A DNA stretch of 62,985 nucleotides, counting the filler, from Sphacelaria rigidula (Eukaryota): NCBI GenBank assembly GCA_964200075.2. It is 9 parts of 9 records of this genome, joined end to end, with 100 filler letters (N's around TTAATTAATTAA, not from the genome) between each part and the next. Parts side by side here need not be neighbours in the genome. Positions count along the whole stretch, not along the records: positions 35,052 to 41,960 come from CAXNAA020017459.1; positions 42,061 to 48,969 come from CAXNAA020017460.1; positions 49,070 to 55,977 come from CAXNAA020017461.1; 6 more parts are not named here. One strand, written 5' to 3'. The notes beneath the pieces were generated by a model, which saw nothing but the letters and a program-made list of their open reading frames with translations, made no database searches and was not told the origin of the DNA. Below, piece after piece: positions 40,487 to 53,017 of this stretch; position 1 is the first letter of the stretch; every line of letters begins with the position of its first letter. The translations under genes were made by a program, and so were the position numbers.

Positions 40487-41263
40487 TGAGACGGGCATCC
40501 TGAGGATAGATGGTGAATCGCGGCTCGACCAGTAGGTTCTGCTTGTTTCCAGGTCTAATCGTCGTGGGGAACGAGAGTCACGCGTCCCTTGAATACGCTC
40601 TCTGATGAAGTGTCCACTGCACAGATGTTCGGGTCATCATCTTCTTGACACGGAGCGCCGATATTTGGGTTAGGGATAGAGCTACCAGGTAGTGCATCTT
40701 CAGACAGAACCTTGTCATCTACTCCTACATCGATAAACGTGTCCAATGAAGTGGTATCGCTGGTAAGACCATCACTTTGTGGGGCGGAGGTGCCGTGGTT
40801 GTGATCAATGTTTGGGGAGCGTTGCGCCGCGGGGGTTAGGGAGGGACACGGCATGTATCGGGTATGTGAATGGGAGTAAGAAGGGGAACATCAGGGCCAG
40901 AGACTGCCAAATTGGCGGCCGTGTCCACGGGTTTAACTCAAAGTCAAAACACGACCTCGAGCAGGGAGGACGAAATCGGTACAGGACAGTTCTACATGTG
41001 ATGCGAAAATCATTCATTGGCCAGTTGCGCGAAAATGATCATAATCAGTGGTGTTTGCCGGCAGTCCCCTCAAGACTGAATACAACGATTGCGGTTGTGA
41101 AGTGCCTAGTACTGACCCATGCGCTGAAGTGGTCAGCACACTCACGCCCAACGCCGGCGTGTGAATCAGTTGGAATGGGATGAAGGCACCTCTCTGACAA
41201 TACACCATATCCTCGGCGTGGTCCGCGATACTATCACTACGGCGAAGGATTCCTGCTGCTTGC

Positions 41264-41960
41264 CTCCGAGAAAAACATGGTGCATAGCCAGTCGAGGCGG
41301 ACGCGCACCCAAACACCAGACGCCACGCCACCAAGGCCGACACGATCACAATTGCCAAACGTCTCATCTCCCGACCCGGTCGTTCACCCACACGAGCAGC
41401 TACTCAAGATGTCCTCCTACACAAGAATCTCTGTTCTTCTGCACCGCCCGCGTGTTCTCGTTGCTGCGGTGCAGGGTCTCTTTTGCTCTTTGTGCCGAAG
41501 ACATCATGTCAGCTGGACTCAAGTCAGCCGTCAACAAAACACCGTTCTGACTCAACAACACCAGCAACAGTGTCGCTGGCAAAATATGATCGCCAACAAT
41601 ACCGACGCTGCGTACACATCTCTCCGAGAAAACCTCTGTTCTTCTGCGCCGTCTGTCTTTTCTCATCGCTACGGCGCAGGGTTCCTTTTGATCGCCTCCG
41701 AGAAAAACATAGCCCGCCAAGGCCGACGCCAACCTGAACACCGGACGCCGCGCCATCATAGCCGAGACGATCACAACTGCCAAATGTCTCATCTCCCGAC
41801 CCGGTCGTTCACCTACACGAGCAGCTACTCAAGATGTCCTCCTACATAAGAATCTCTGTTCTTCTGCACCGCCCGCATGTTCTCGTTGCTGCGGTGCAGG
41901 GTCTCTTTTGCCCTGTGTGCCAGAGACGTCATGTCAGCTGGACTCAGGTAAGCCGTCAAC
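41264..41960. repeat. Approximately 430-bp tandem repeat, about 1.6 copies, truncated by the contig end
   Basis: 41264-41535 recurs at 41696-41960 (cgatcacaa..gagcagctactcaagatgtcctcctac..agccgtcaac). Confidence 0.85.
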
Positions 41961-44196
41961 NNNNNNNNNNNNNNNNNNNNNNNNNNNNNNNNNNNNNNNN
42001 NNNNTTAATTAATTAANNNNNNNNNNNNNNNNNNNNNNNNNNNNNNNNNNNNNNNNNNNNAGTACCCGCTGGGACCATAATGTAACATCAAGGCCTGTTG
42101 AATGCCAATGACGATGACCCTGGACAGCGAATGGCCACTAGAACGTATTCATCCTACTTGCTGGTTTGAGACCGCCCTTCACCCCCTGCTCGACTATGAG
42201 ATGAGAATATGTACTCCCCAACCAAACACCCTCACCCGAGCTGGTCTTATTTGATGCACAAGCCATTTGTGGCCGGACTGCATGATGGATCTTCTGAACG
42301 GGAGAAAGATTTCTTCAAACGTTGATACCCTGTTACTATGTATCCCTAGCATCGTCAGGAGTACCACCGTTCGTTTGCGGCATGACGAAGTGATAAATGT
42401 CACCCTAGGACGTTCTCGATGGCGCATATGTAGTCGTTAGTGCATGCACTAAATGTGCGACTCCTGATGAGGTCTTGAATGAACTGGAACAGCAGAATCA
42501 ATAGACTGGAAACAATAGCTCCCAAGTTCGTCTAAATTCAAATGCATCGGTCAGGTACCGTCGGCCCAAGCGCTGCAAGTCCATTTGGCGTTTCAAAGCC
42601 GGACTCTACCCGACTTGGCTGCAAGTTCTTCCTATCTCCACTAACTCGACAGTTTATGTGCAATGTCCAGACTGCTTTTTTGATAGCCCGCCTTGAACAC
42701 CCCGAGTTGGTAATCTTGAATGTAAAGTAAATGGTAATCCTACTTCAAGTCCAGCTGCGATTCGACCACCTGCCCGTGTTCGTCTCATGTACCTTGTACT
42801 GACACCACAATACCCGGAATACACTCACACAGCCCCGTAGCAATCGTTCAATGTTATGGATGTGTTGCTGTCCACCCACAGGTGGCTACAGAAGGCTAAC
42901 GCTAGCAGATGTTATGCTGCCGTGCGAGCTGTGGCTCAATTGTGCCAGACGAAAGATTTAAAATGGAATGGGCGCTCATGGCCAACACAGGCTTGTAGAG
43001 TACAATGGACTGTCGAAGTCCAGTTGAGAAGTTGGAGAAATGAAGAGTGAAAAGAGTTGGGCTCACGATGTGCTCGTGAGTTTTCTTGTGCTCCTCTTCT
43101 CAAGCGCTCGTATCTCAACCTTATCAAAGATTCTCGATCGTACCGGACCGTTACTCAGACCGATTTACAGTATACGAAGTACTTGTTTTAGACGTACTCT
43201 GGAACGTTCGTGTGTTCGATGTTTCAACCGACAGCGGTTGCTCCGCTTAAACACCAAACGACACAAGATACCTGCGCTGTGTTACTGAGCATTGCCCGTG
43301 TAGTCTATGTCATAGTCTATCCCTAAACCTCAAGCCATCGCACGGTGTAAATGGCCTCGTAGCGGACGAGAAACGCGCTTGCTGCACACAGTGCCAAAAA
43401 TTACATCTGCACCGGACTGGACTTGGACACAGCATTTGTCCAAAACGCGACTTGCGCAACTTGGACAGAAGCTATGTTGGCTGAAGGCATGGCAGCACAT
43501 AATCCGGTGCTTGCGATTGACAGCGGCCGCGTTGCAGACGAGAACACCAACAGACAATTGCCGCTAGTACGTCCGACCCGCATGGTTCCTCGATGTACTG
43601 AGGTTTTAGGCAGCGTGAGCATGTATCTACAGTACCGACAGTGTTCAATAAACTAGAAATGTACACGCTGCTCAGGTGTTTCGCGTCGTACGTCATCAAC
43701 GTTGGGACCGGTGCTACCAACAACTTCATACACGCTCCATGTATATTGTCCACTGCCTGTGTAGCCTGTGGCTGTTGGGTACGAAGTGTGGATAACGCGT
43801 ACCAGCCGCAAAGGTGGCTCCATGAATCGATCGTTTCTTCGTCGTACGGTCGGTGTCCTCGACACGCAACTGGTGGGTTGATTTCCCACGACTGTAAGAG
43901 CTGCGAGGAAAAAGGCCAGTGTTGTGTATATCTAGAGGCCCTGTTGCAGGTTAAGTGCAACGCCCGGTTAAGGGCAACTTTTTGCTCAAGGGCAAACGGT
44001 CAGGATTCAGTGCAAGCGCCCCTGACTATGGGGAAGCGCCCCTGGTTATGGGGGAACGGCCCGGATTAGGGGCAAGCGCCCCTGACTATGGGGAAGCGTA
44101 CATGGGTTGGGGGAGGCGCACCTGGGTAGGGGGGAGCGTATCTGGATAAGGACAAGCGCCCCTGAAAATTTGCATCATTCCCTAGCGACGGAGACG

Positions 44197-45247
44197 TGTT
44201 GCAGGTTAAGGGCAACGCCCGGTTAAGGGCAACTTTTCGCTTAAGAGCAAGCGGTCCGGATTAAGGGCAAGCGCCCCTGACTATGGGGAAGCGCCCCTGA
44301 CTGTGGGGAATCGCACCTGGGTAAGGGGAAGCGCCCCCTGATTATGGGGAAGTGCACCTAACTATGGGAAAGCGCCCCTGACTATGGGGAAGCGCACCTG
44401 GGTAGGGGGAAGGGCACCTGGGTAGGGGGGAGCGCACCTGGATACGGGCAAGCGCCTCTGATTATTGGCATATGCCCCTAGCGATGGAGAAGCGATACAC
44501 GTATCGTCAACATATTCCCGAATCAGCCGAAGAATGCCAAACTGTCTGGGGCGTGCTAAGGACCCACGATACGTGTGTCTCTGGCTCGTGGGCACACGAT
44601 ACAGGTGTCTCTCGCCTGTGGGCACGCGATACAGATTAGGGTTAGGGTTAGGGTTAGGGTTAGGGTATATCGTGGGTCCTTAGTGTAATGCGTGAGAGGA
44701 CCGCGCCGTAGTTCAAAACACCTCAGGATCGACGTTTTTCAAAACCAATCCGGCCAGTCCCTGCAGGTACTACGCCCCTGACCATAACCCCGACACTAAC
44801 CCTGACCCTGGCCCTAACCCTAACCATAGGGATATTCAAATTCCGATGCGGTCCTCTAAGCACGGGGTCCTCTCACGCAGTACACTTAGCACGCCCTAGA
44901 CAGTTTGGCATTCTTTGGCTGATTCGGGAATATGATGACAATACGTGTATCGCTTCTCCGTCGCTAGGGGAAAATGCCAATATTCAGGGGCGCTTGCCCG
45001 TATCCAGATGCGCTCCCCCCTACCCAGGTGCGCTTCCCCTCCCCCGGGTGCGCTTCCCCATAGTCAGGGGCGCTTCCCCTTACCCAGGTGCGCTTCCCCA
45101 TAGTCAGTGGCGCTTGCCCCTAATCCGGGCCGTTCCCCCCTAACCAGGGGCGCTTCCCCATAGTCAGGGGCGCTTGCCCTTAATCCGGACCGCTTGCCCT
45201 TACGCGAAAAGTTGCCCCTAACCGGGCGTTGCCCTTAACCTACAACA
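44197..45247. mobile_element. Inner copy (1051 bp) of the same element, inserted in inverted orientation into the outer copy's left TIR; 5-bp TSD AGACG
   Basis: agacg|tgttgcaggttaagggcaac...gttgcccttaacctacaaca|agacg; TSDs at 44192-44196 and 45248-45252. Confidence 0.9.
44560..44679. mobile_element. 120-bp mini-MITE carrying (TTAGGG)5; counterpart at 45542-45653
   Basis: TIRs GGACCCACGATA / TATCGTGGGTCC flanked by TAA and TTA. The opposite arm shows the empty site gcgtgcTAAgtgta. Telomeric tracts at 44636-44665 and 45556-45578. Confidence 0.75.
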
Positions 45248-45348
45248 AGACGCAATACACGTATCGTAATCATATTCCCGAATCAGCCAAAGAATGCCAA
45301 ACTGTCTAGGGCGTGCCAAGTGTAATGCGTGAGAGGACCGCGTGCTTA

Positions 45349-45509
45349 GAGAACCGCATCGGAATTTGAATATCCCTATGGTTAGGGTTAGGGCTAGGGT
45401 TAGGGTTAGTGTCGGGGTTATGGTCAGGGGCGTAGTACCTGCAGGGACTGGCCGGACTGATTTTGAAAAACGTCGATCCTGAGGTGTTTTGAACTACGGC
45501 ACGATCCTC
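45349..45509. mobile_element. Central 161-bp TTA/TAA-flanked unit with a degenerate TTAGGG tract; inverted counterpart at about 44700-44856
   Basis: gcgtgcTTA|gagaaccg...ggttagggttagggctagggttagggttag...cgatcctc|TAAgcacgc forms the loop of the foldback. Confidence 0.55.
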
Positions 45510-48500
45510 TAAGCACGCGGTCCTCTCACGCATTACACTAAGGACCCACGACACTCTAACCCTAACCCTAACCCTAACATGTACCGCGTGCCCACAGGCG
45601 AGAGACACCTGTATTGTGTGCCCACGAGCCAGAGACACACGTATCGTGGGTCCTTAGCACGCCCTAGACAGTTTGGCATTCTTCGGCTGATTCGGGAATA
45701 TGTTGACGATACGTGTATCGCTTCTCCGTCACTAGGGGCATATGCCAATAATCAGAGGCGCTTGCCCGTATCCAGGTGCCCTTCCCCCTACCCAGGTGCC
45801 CTTCCCCCTACCCAGGTGCCCTTCCCCTTACCCAAGTGCGCTTCCATAGTGTCAGGGGCGCTTTCCCATAGTCAGAGGCGCTTCCCCACAGTCAGGGGCG
45901 CTTCCCCTTACCCAGGTGCGCTTCCCCATAGTCAGGGGCGCTTCCCCATAGTCAGGGGCGCTTGCCCTTAATCCGGACCGCTTGCCCTTAAGCGAAAAGT
46001 TGCCCTTAACCGGGCGTTGCCCTTAATCTGCAACAGGCCCACGATGGCTTGAATGGTGGCTACGGACTGTGTGAGTGTGTTGCAGCTGCTGAGGTATCGA
46101 TACAAAGCACATGAGACGAACGCGGACAGGTATTCCACTCGCTGGACTTGGACATAGCTTTTGTACAACTCCAGTCGGGTGGCGGCATTTTTTACGCTGC
46201 GTGTAGCAGGCGCGTTTCTCGTCCGCTACGAGGCCGTTTACACCCCACGATAGCTTGAACGATGGCTAGGGACTGTGTGAGTGTATTGCAGCCGCTGTGG
46301 TGCCGAAGAATCGCACATGGGACAAATGCGGGCAGGTAGTCGAATCGCAGCTGGATTCGGTCATAACTATTTCCATGTCGCGACCTGGAAATAGCATTAA
46401 CGTAAAACCAATGGTGTTTTTCAAAGCGAAATGACGGTTGATACTACAAAAGGCATCTCGGATTGGACGTCTTTACCAAACTTCGAGTCGAGCAGTGTTA
46501 TTGTTCTTGATTTGCGTCACAATTGGGCCTGCGAGACTTGGGCCTGGAGTACCGCGGAAATGCCCCCGGGTGCATCGCTTCTTTGTAGCCCCTTGGGCGC
46601 GAAAGCGTTTTCTTGGATTGTGGTAGTCTGGGTGTTCTCCAGTGCATCATCCAAGCCGCTATGCCCTGAGCCGTGGGGTGTTTTGTGCAATCGACTTATG
46701 CTACGATATACCCCCTTCCGGAAATAAAAATAAAAAATGTGGCTGGTTTGAGGAGGAAAATTTGCACGTAAATCGAAATGAAAAAGCCGAGCACAACCAG
46801 CAGCTGGGACGTCCCACGCTTGGGGTCACTTTCGCCTATATCGCCCATATGAGGCTCTTTATGCAGCCTGAAACCAAGCATCATGCGCTGTATGACCATT
46901 TTCTTCGTGACAGTTTCGGGCTGGTTGCGGAGGGAGGTATCTTAGCATTAATCAATCAACCATTGGTGTTGCACCGGATCGGTACAGAATCGGCGATTTA
47001 TTCGCATTGACGGCTTTTGACGGATGATGATTCGTTCTTTGCAATGAGGTTATTCTTTTTTGTGAGATCTTCTCGTCGATGATATTGATATATTTTGACG
47101 TCCCCTCGTCCTGAAAAATCTGTTTTGAAATTAATCGGTGTTCCAAAACATCCTACGGGCGTTTCTCAGCCGTACGTCGAAACCGCGTTCACTGTCACCG
47201 ACGTCATACCCCGTATCATGTACCTTCAGAGGTCACGGACCCGATGAACTGCTCTTTCTCAGTCGAGGGATAATAATTGGCGTCTTTCTGTGCGGTTTAC
47301 TCGTGACCTATGAACAACCCGAACGGCAATTTCCCGCATGCGATCGCCAGCCACCACCCAAGGGGCTATCCTCTTCCTCGAGTTTCATTTCCCTTTCTAC
47401 ATTTCGAAATCGTCTCCAAATCATGTTCTCAGCGCCGAATGCTCCACATTATTATCCTTATCTTTGGAATCACTCGATTTGGGCGGTGGCGCGAATAATG
47501 AAAAGCCTTCCACCAGTTGTAGCAGTTCTCATTTGCGTGAGAACGTTTCCCTGCAGTCGGGTGCCATTTAAATAATAAGCTTTCGAAGACCAGCATGCCG
47601 CCTTGACTCGAGTTTCGAATACTATCAGTTGTTTCTTTCGTCGTTCACCTTTCCTGCGGACAGGTGTCATTTCGCACTGGACGCCCCACGAACTAGTATC
47701 GTACTTGGTTCCAGAGTACGTATGTATCTCTTGGTGTCACGTTTTTGCTGAAGCTCTCTGAACCGAGCTTTGTGATTTCACTTGATGCTTGGGTATCCTG
47801 TTCCGCTGATCCCCCTTCGTTTGCATCTCGCTGGGCAGTGGAGTGCGTTCTGTTTCTGCTTGGGTGCGGAGTACATTATCGTTCCGCGCTATATTTCGCA
47901 TGTCCTTAGGGTATTGATGGCGTTGCGATGCGTTCGGTTCAAATTTTGTGTCCACGTCTCAGCGGATCCTTCGATTGTCAGGGGTACTGTCCTCCATGTC
48001 GCACGCTCTTCAATGGTGGAATCGGTATAGTTTATAGTTGAAAATTGAATCGACATCATGTTCATTTGATCATTTGAAGGCACGAGATAAATCTGTGCCG
48101 CCGCTCTCCGTTGAACACAGTCTTCCTCTCGGGGCAGGCCTTGACACTTGAAGTGTGTTTTGATCTTGCATGCATTTTACCTCTGCACTGATGCTGCTGC
48201 AGCTCGTGCTACTATCTCGGCACCACATGAATTTCGTTCATCATGGTCGGATGCAACGTTCGAGTCATGCCACGGTAAGGGGGGGGTATTTTGGGTCGTT
48301 TCTTCCACGAAATTATACTTGCAGTCGTCACATATAGCAGCAACGGTTGTTCGAATGCGCTTGCTCCCGATAAACAACGGCGCAGTCATACTTCTTGACA
48401 CCACGTTTACCCAAATACAAGCGCACCCCGAGTGTGTTACGTCCTCTGAACCACCTGTGAGCCCACTTCTTGTGAAATCGTACACCCCTCCCCCTATCCT

Positions 48501-51393
48501 AGCACGAGTCGTTCACTTTTTTTTCGAATGTGAGCCGGCATCATCTCAGCGGGTGCTGACCCTTTGTGTGCGTGTGCGTCACATAAATCATCGTTTTTTA
48601 TTAAATCTATATATAAACTTGAGCGAGTTAACACACCACGTGCTCAGCTGATAAGCAGCTGTGCCTTCTTCTTCAAGCTATGCCATGTGCCATGACGCAA
48701 CGCACATAACCATCACCGTTACTCATGTATCTTGGCTGTCGATCCGTTTAGCGTGGCGGCGAAAGCCGCCAAACCCCTGGCCATATGTAAATGTATTGTG
48801 GGGGCCAAGTTCACCTATGGTTGTCCTTTTGCGTGTGGTGAGCGAGTCAATTTGTGAACCGTATTCTCCGTGAGTCCACCTGGTCAAACATATCTCGGTT
48901 ATCCTCGAATCTAGAGTCGCCCGTTCCGGGATTTGTTTGTACGGCAACGAACTGCGCTCTTAAGGCAGGNNNNNNNNNNNNNNNNNNNNNNNNNNNNNNN
49001 NNNNNNNNNNNNNTTAATTAATTAANNNNNNNNNNNNNNNNNNNNNNNNNNNNNNNNNNNNNNNNNNNNAATACGTACTTTTTTTTTTTTACTCGAAGTT
49101 TTTCAGCTGACTGAAAAAATCCAGAATCCGGCCAAGAGTAAAACTGGGAGTACGAAATATCGGACAAGCGTGCTGGAATCCTCGTGAAAAATAGAGCAAA
49201 TCTTTTCAAGGGGGCAAAATCCGCCAAGGTCCGTATTCAGCCAAATTCGTGATGAAAGGTTCGAAAGGACAGTTCTCAGAGAGATTTTTTTACAGTCTAT
49301 AAGAAGCGCCTGAGCAACTTTTAGCCGCTTTTAAGCCGGCCCAGCTCGTAGGTCTTTCGTGCATGTCTCCAGTGGAAATTAAATGACGCCAAACCCCACA
49401 TCACCGGAAGATCGCGGTTTGGGGTACGACCCCGTAGTAACCGTTTTCAAATATGTTATTTCCGTTAGATTCTCCGAGCTGATGGCGGTTACTGCGGTTT
49501 AACGTATGTGGAGATTGGGTGGAAATTAGGCTTGAAATTCGTAATTTCGTAATTTCGACCCAAAAACAATTTGAAGGGCGCTGATCGGTCAAGGCACCTT
49601 TTCGCCCGTGGTGCTAGCAGTATGGCCTTGAACACAAATCCGGCTATGTCACGCTCTTCATCTGTACACGGCGGCCAGTATGATATCATGTGTGCGACTA
49701 TGCGACCGTTGGGTAGGCATTGCGAAAGGCATTCGCTGATGACATAATTTTGGGTGATGAGCGCGAACCAGCCTGTACGGCTCGGCAGACTCGTGTTTTC
49801 AAGGTGCTCAGCCCGCCTGCAGCACCGAGCCCCACACAGAAAAATGAGTTACCTTTCCCCCCCCCAAAAGCATCAGGGTGTACGATTTTTTGTATACTGC
49901 CCAATCGAAAAAGTACACCGAAGCCCCACAAATTGAAGTTTGGTGTATGTTGTCTTTCTTGAGGATGTCAAGCAGTTTCCAGCGAATGATGTGCCTCCGC
50001 GAAGTACCCGGAGCTAGTTTTCACTACATCATGGTGTGATGCACCATTCGGTGGCAACTGCGCTTCCCACATTTCCTCCACAAGGGTCATGGAGATAGAA
50101 ACGTTTGCAGACGAAGAAAACAAATTGTCGACGACAAGAGCGGGAAGCATCGGAGTAGGCTGACCGGGCACAACAAAAGGTGGAATCCAAGCTATTGCCT
50201 ATAATGTGGTGATATGTTTTGCGCAAACTTGACTATGATCTTGATTTTTCAAGACCCACTGAGGTAGAACTACCAACTATTGAGACGGCACGGCGTACGG
50301 TACAGTGTCCTGCAGTCGACACCGATACGAAGGGAGTGGAGATCCCCTGCGACTATTACAGCGGGTTTCTCATGCCATGGGAGTTTTGGTGCCTGTTGGA
50401 CCAAGCACAATCGACTCACGTTGTTTATAACTTAGTCCTCTCGTTTGGTGCCTCGATTGGAGTACTTTTGACCGGTGACAATCCAATAAATCGCGAGTAG
50501 CTTGGAAGTGATGAGAGGTAAGTCGACGGGGGGTGCCTACATGCCCACACACACGCCACGTGTTATTTTCTCACCCAAACACGACTGTGGCTTCACCAAC
50601 CCCTCCCTCACGAAACTGTGGTATAGATCATGAGACTGTTCCATTTCACTATTATTCTCGTTAATGGCCCCTATCCTGTACGGGATGTCTGTATGCGTTC
50701 CCGAGAGAGGGCGCATCGTGAACAATCGCTTAGAAGACTAAAATCCCCACCCCAGATACAGGCGGAATAACTGCATAGCAGCAAAAATTCCATACCGCTG
50801 TCTACGGCCCTGCACGGGCACATCTGTGTAGCGAAAATCGAATACTTCCTCTGAGCCTAACGTCAGCAAGTAGGCGTGAAACACACATCGTATTAGGCTC
50901 CAAAGTACTCGATTAATAATATTATTTGAAGCATTTGGGCGCCACCGCAGCTAAAATTCGGAAATCTCCCTTCGGGTTAGGGGGCAGGAGTGGAGGCTTT
51001 CAGTGTTTTCAGCCCACGGAAGCGCTCGGGTCTACGACGAAAGTTAACGTTGGCTCGGGCAGTATCACAACCTAACTCCGAGTAGTTTTCCAATCTGTTG
51101 TTCAAGCCCGTGGACACTGTCATCTACGGAAAGTAGCGTGGCTCATCACTTATTATTCGAGAGCTCTATCGTATGGCATACCTTGGGTGGCATTAGATTC
51201 CAGGCCATTTTGTTTCTTGTTGGGAGAGGCTGTATGTAGTATCTGTCACCACACCGCGGGCACATGTCGAAAATCCAGGGACCGTTTCACCACGGAACAT
51301 GTTTCCCCGCATGTCTCAGCTCTGAGTGTACCATTGCTGAAGGAAACTTGACCTGCGGCCGTTCCCGTGTCAACTATTTTGTTTTATGTTCAG

Positions 51394-51518
51394 AATGGGA
51401 CACTCTCAGCACTGAGCAGAAGGCCGTGCTACGCTCGCAGCGAGCTCGTCGGGGAGAACGGTGCTCTGAATGCGGTTGTGTAGGATACTTCCGACGGAAC
51501 TGCCCCATGTGCCCTCCC
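51394..51518 (+). CDS. Putative exon with a zinc-knuckle-like motif CSECGCVGYFRRNCP; gene unknown
   Basis: T-rich tract ending ttcag; encodes EWDTLSTEQKAVLRSQRARRGERCSECGCVGYFRRNCPMCPP; GTAAG donor. Spacing is Cx2Cx4(Y)x4C. Confidence 0.5.
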
Positions 51519-53017
51519 GTAAGGTACGCTCAAGATTTGCAGCGCAAACAGAGGTTGGGAGTTTTAATGTCTCCTCAACGCTTTGAACTGAGGAGGCACC
51601 AGGACGTTGCGTGAGAGGCAGTGCATCACCCTGCCTTGGTACGACAGTATACAGGAAATGTTCAGCGGATAAGGAGGAAGAGTTTGTGCCGCATCGATAT
51701 CGATTCGTGGTGCAGGTATATCCCTGCAGTGAATACAGCGACCACGTCATGACTCAACCCGAAGTAAATGGGCCAAAAATCTTATCTACACGCGTGGAGC
51801 GTTGGGCTGTTCGTGTTCAGTCCACAGCAGTGGCTGTGAAGGTAGTGTGTCGAGTGACGCCCTGCCGAATCCTTGACTAACATGCTTCGAGAATGCTTTA
51901 AAAGCAGTTGCATGCTGTCGGATTCTCCAGGTATGACGTTAAAACAGGAAAATGGTACACACTTTCAACGCAAGACGCACAATTCGGCAAGGAGCGACAA
52001 CGTACCTGTGCCAGGCAGAAAGCTTTCCTCAGCAAAGAATCTTTGGAAAGGGAGAAGGGCCCACAACCAGGTCAGGCGTTTCGTGTATCGAAGAGAACGC
52101 CGTTTCTACGTGATACGGCACGTTTGCACAGAACGATTGTGTTGACTCACGTCCTGCTTGGGGTTCGACACTCTCAGTCATCCTGTCGGTGATAGGATTG
52201 CTCCGTGCGATACGATCGGTTCTCCTACCCAACCAGAATATCACCAAACAACGGCATAACGAACTCCTGTGTCCGTGAACTGCCCGCTTTAGGTGGCACC
52301 AACCAAGCACCAGACGTACGCGGGCGAGGGATCTTGTGGGGTCCACTGGCAAATGAAGTAGTGCAAACACGGTCTGCCTACCCGACGGGTACAGCGACCG
52401 GGGCAACACAAGGAACAAGCATGGCTGCATGCACAACGGGCGGCGGTTCCATGGCAGTAGAGATACCGTCGTTATCAGGCACGTCGGATTTATCCTCCGG
52501 TATCATTTCGGGGCTGAGGCGGGCGCTCGTGTGGAGTGACGAGGGAGGCGCGGCGTCTTGCGCGGGATCGGTTGTTTCCAGGTGCAAACACAAGCACGGG
52601 AGATATCCTAGTAGCGTTTGTTTTTGGTTGAGACGCTAGATCACGAGGCAATTTCTTCAGTATGACCGAGGCTTAGTATACGGTCATATAGAGTGTGTAA
52701 CGGAGCGGCGTGGCAACGGACATACATTCGCCACGTACCGTTGAACGAGCTTACCTCGCTCCAGTGAATGTCCCAGTTACGCCGAATACCTATTTTGCAT
52801 CTCGACGAAGGGGGCGAACGCGCACGCAGCGAGTGCCTGTCGCAGTTGCATGCGGTTTCAAATGGACACAAATTACTCACGACTACGACAAGCGCGCTAT
52901 GAGGTCGCTTCCCGGAAGGAATATCCCCCCTTAATTGTGGCGCCCCTCCTGCGAGAAATTCTCGAGATTTTAGTGCGCCTCTGTTGATAAATCATAAGCG
53001 TTCGCCAACAGCTCTCA

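Larger units (their letters stand above)
43942..46035. mobile_element. Outer non-autonomous foldback DNA transposon with TGT..ACA ends and a 5-bp TSD GGCCC (Ginger2/TDD-like)
   Basis: ggccc|tgttgcaggttaag...cttaatctgcaaca|ggccc; TSDs at 43937-43941 and 46036-46040. Long TIRs are built from about 20-bp ggggaagcgcccctgactat subrepeats. Confidence 0.88.

Noticed and set aside
42430-42515. Hammerhead-ribozyme-like CTGATGA (42464-42470) preceded by the hairpin ttagtgca/tgcactaa
   Set aside because: I could not build an intact stem II, GAAA, stem III and UH arrangement; at best it is a decayed relic. An Infernal search with hammerhead models would decide.
44636-45578. Chromosome end or telomere fusion site
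   Set aside because: The tracts are only 4-5 units long and lie inside TIR elements with TSDs; the head-to-head orientation is explained by the inverted nesting.
46400-48969. Possible decayed retroelement coding region
   Set aside because: No RT, RNase H, integrase or recombinase motif could be read in any frame.
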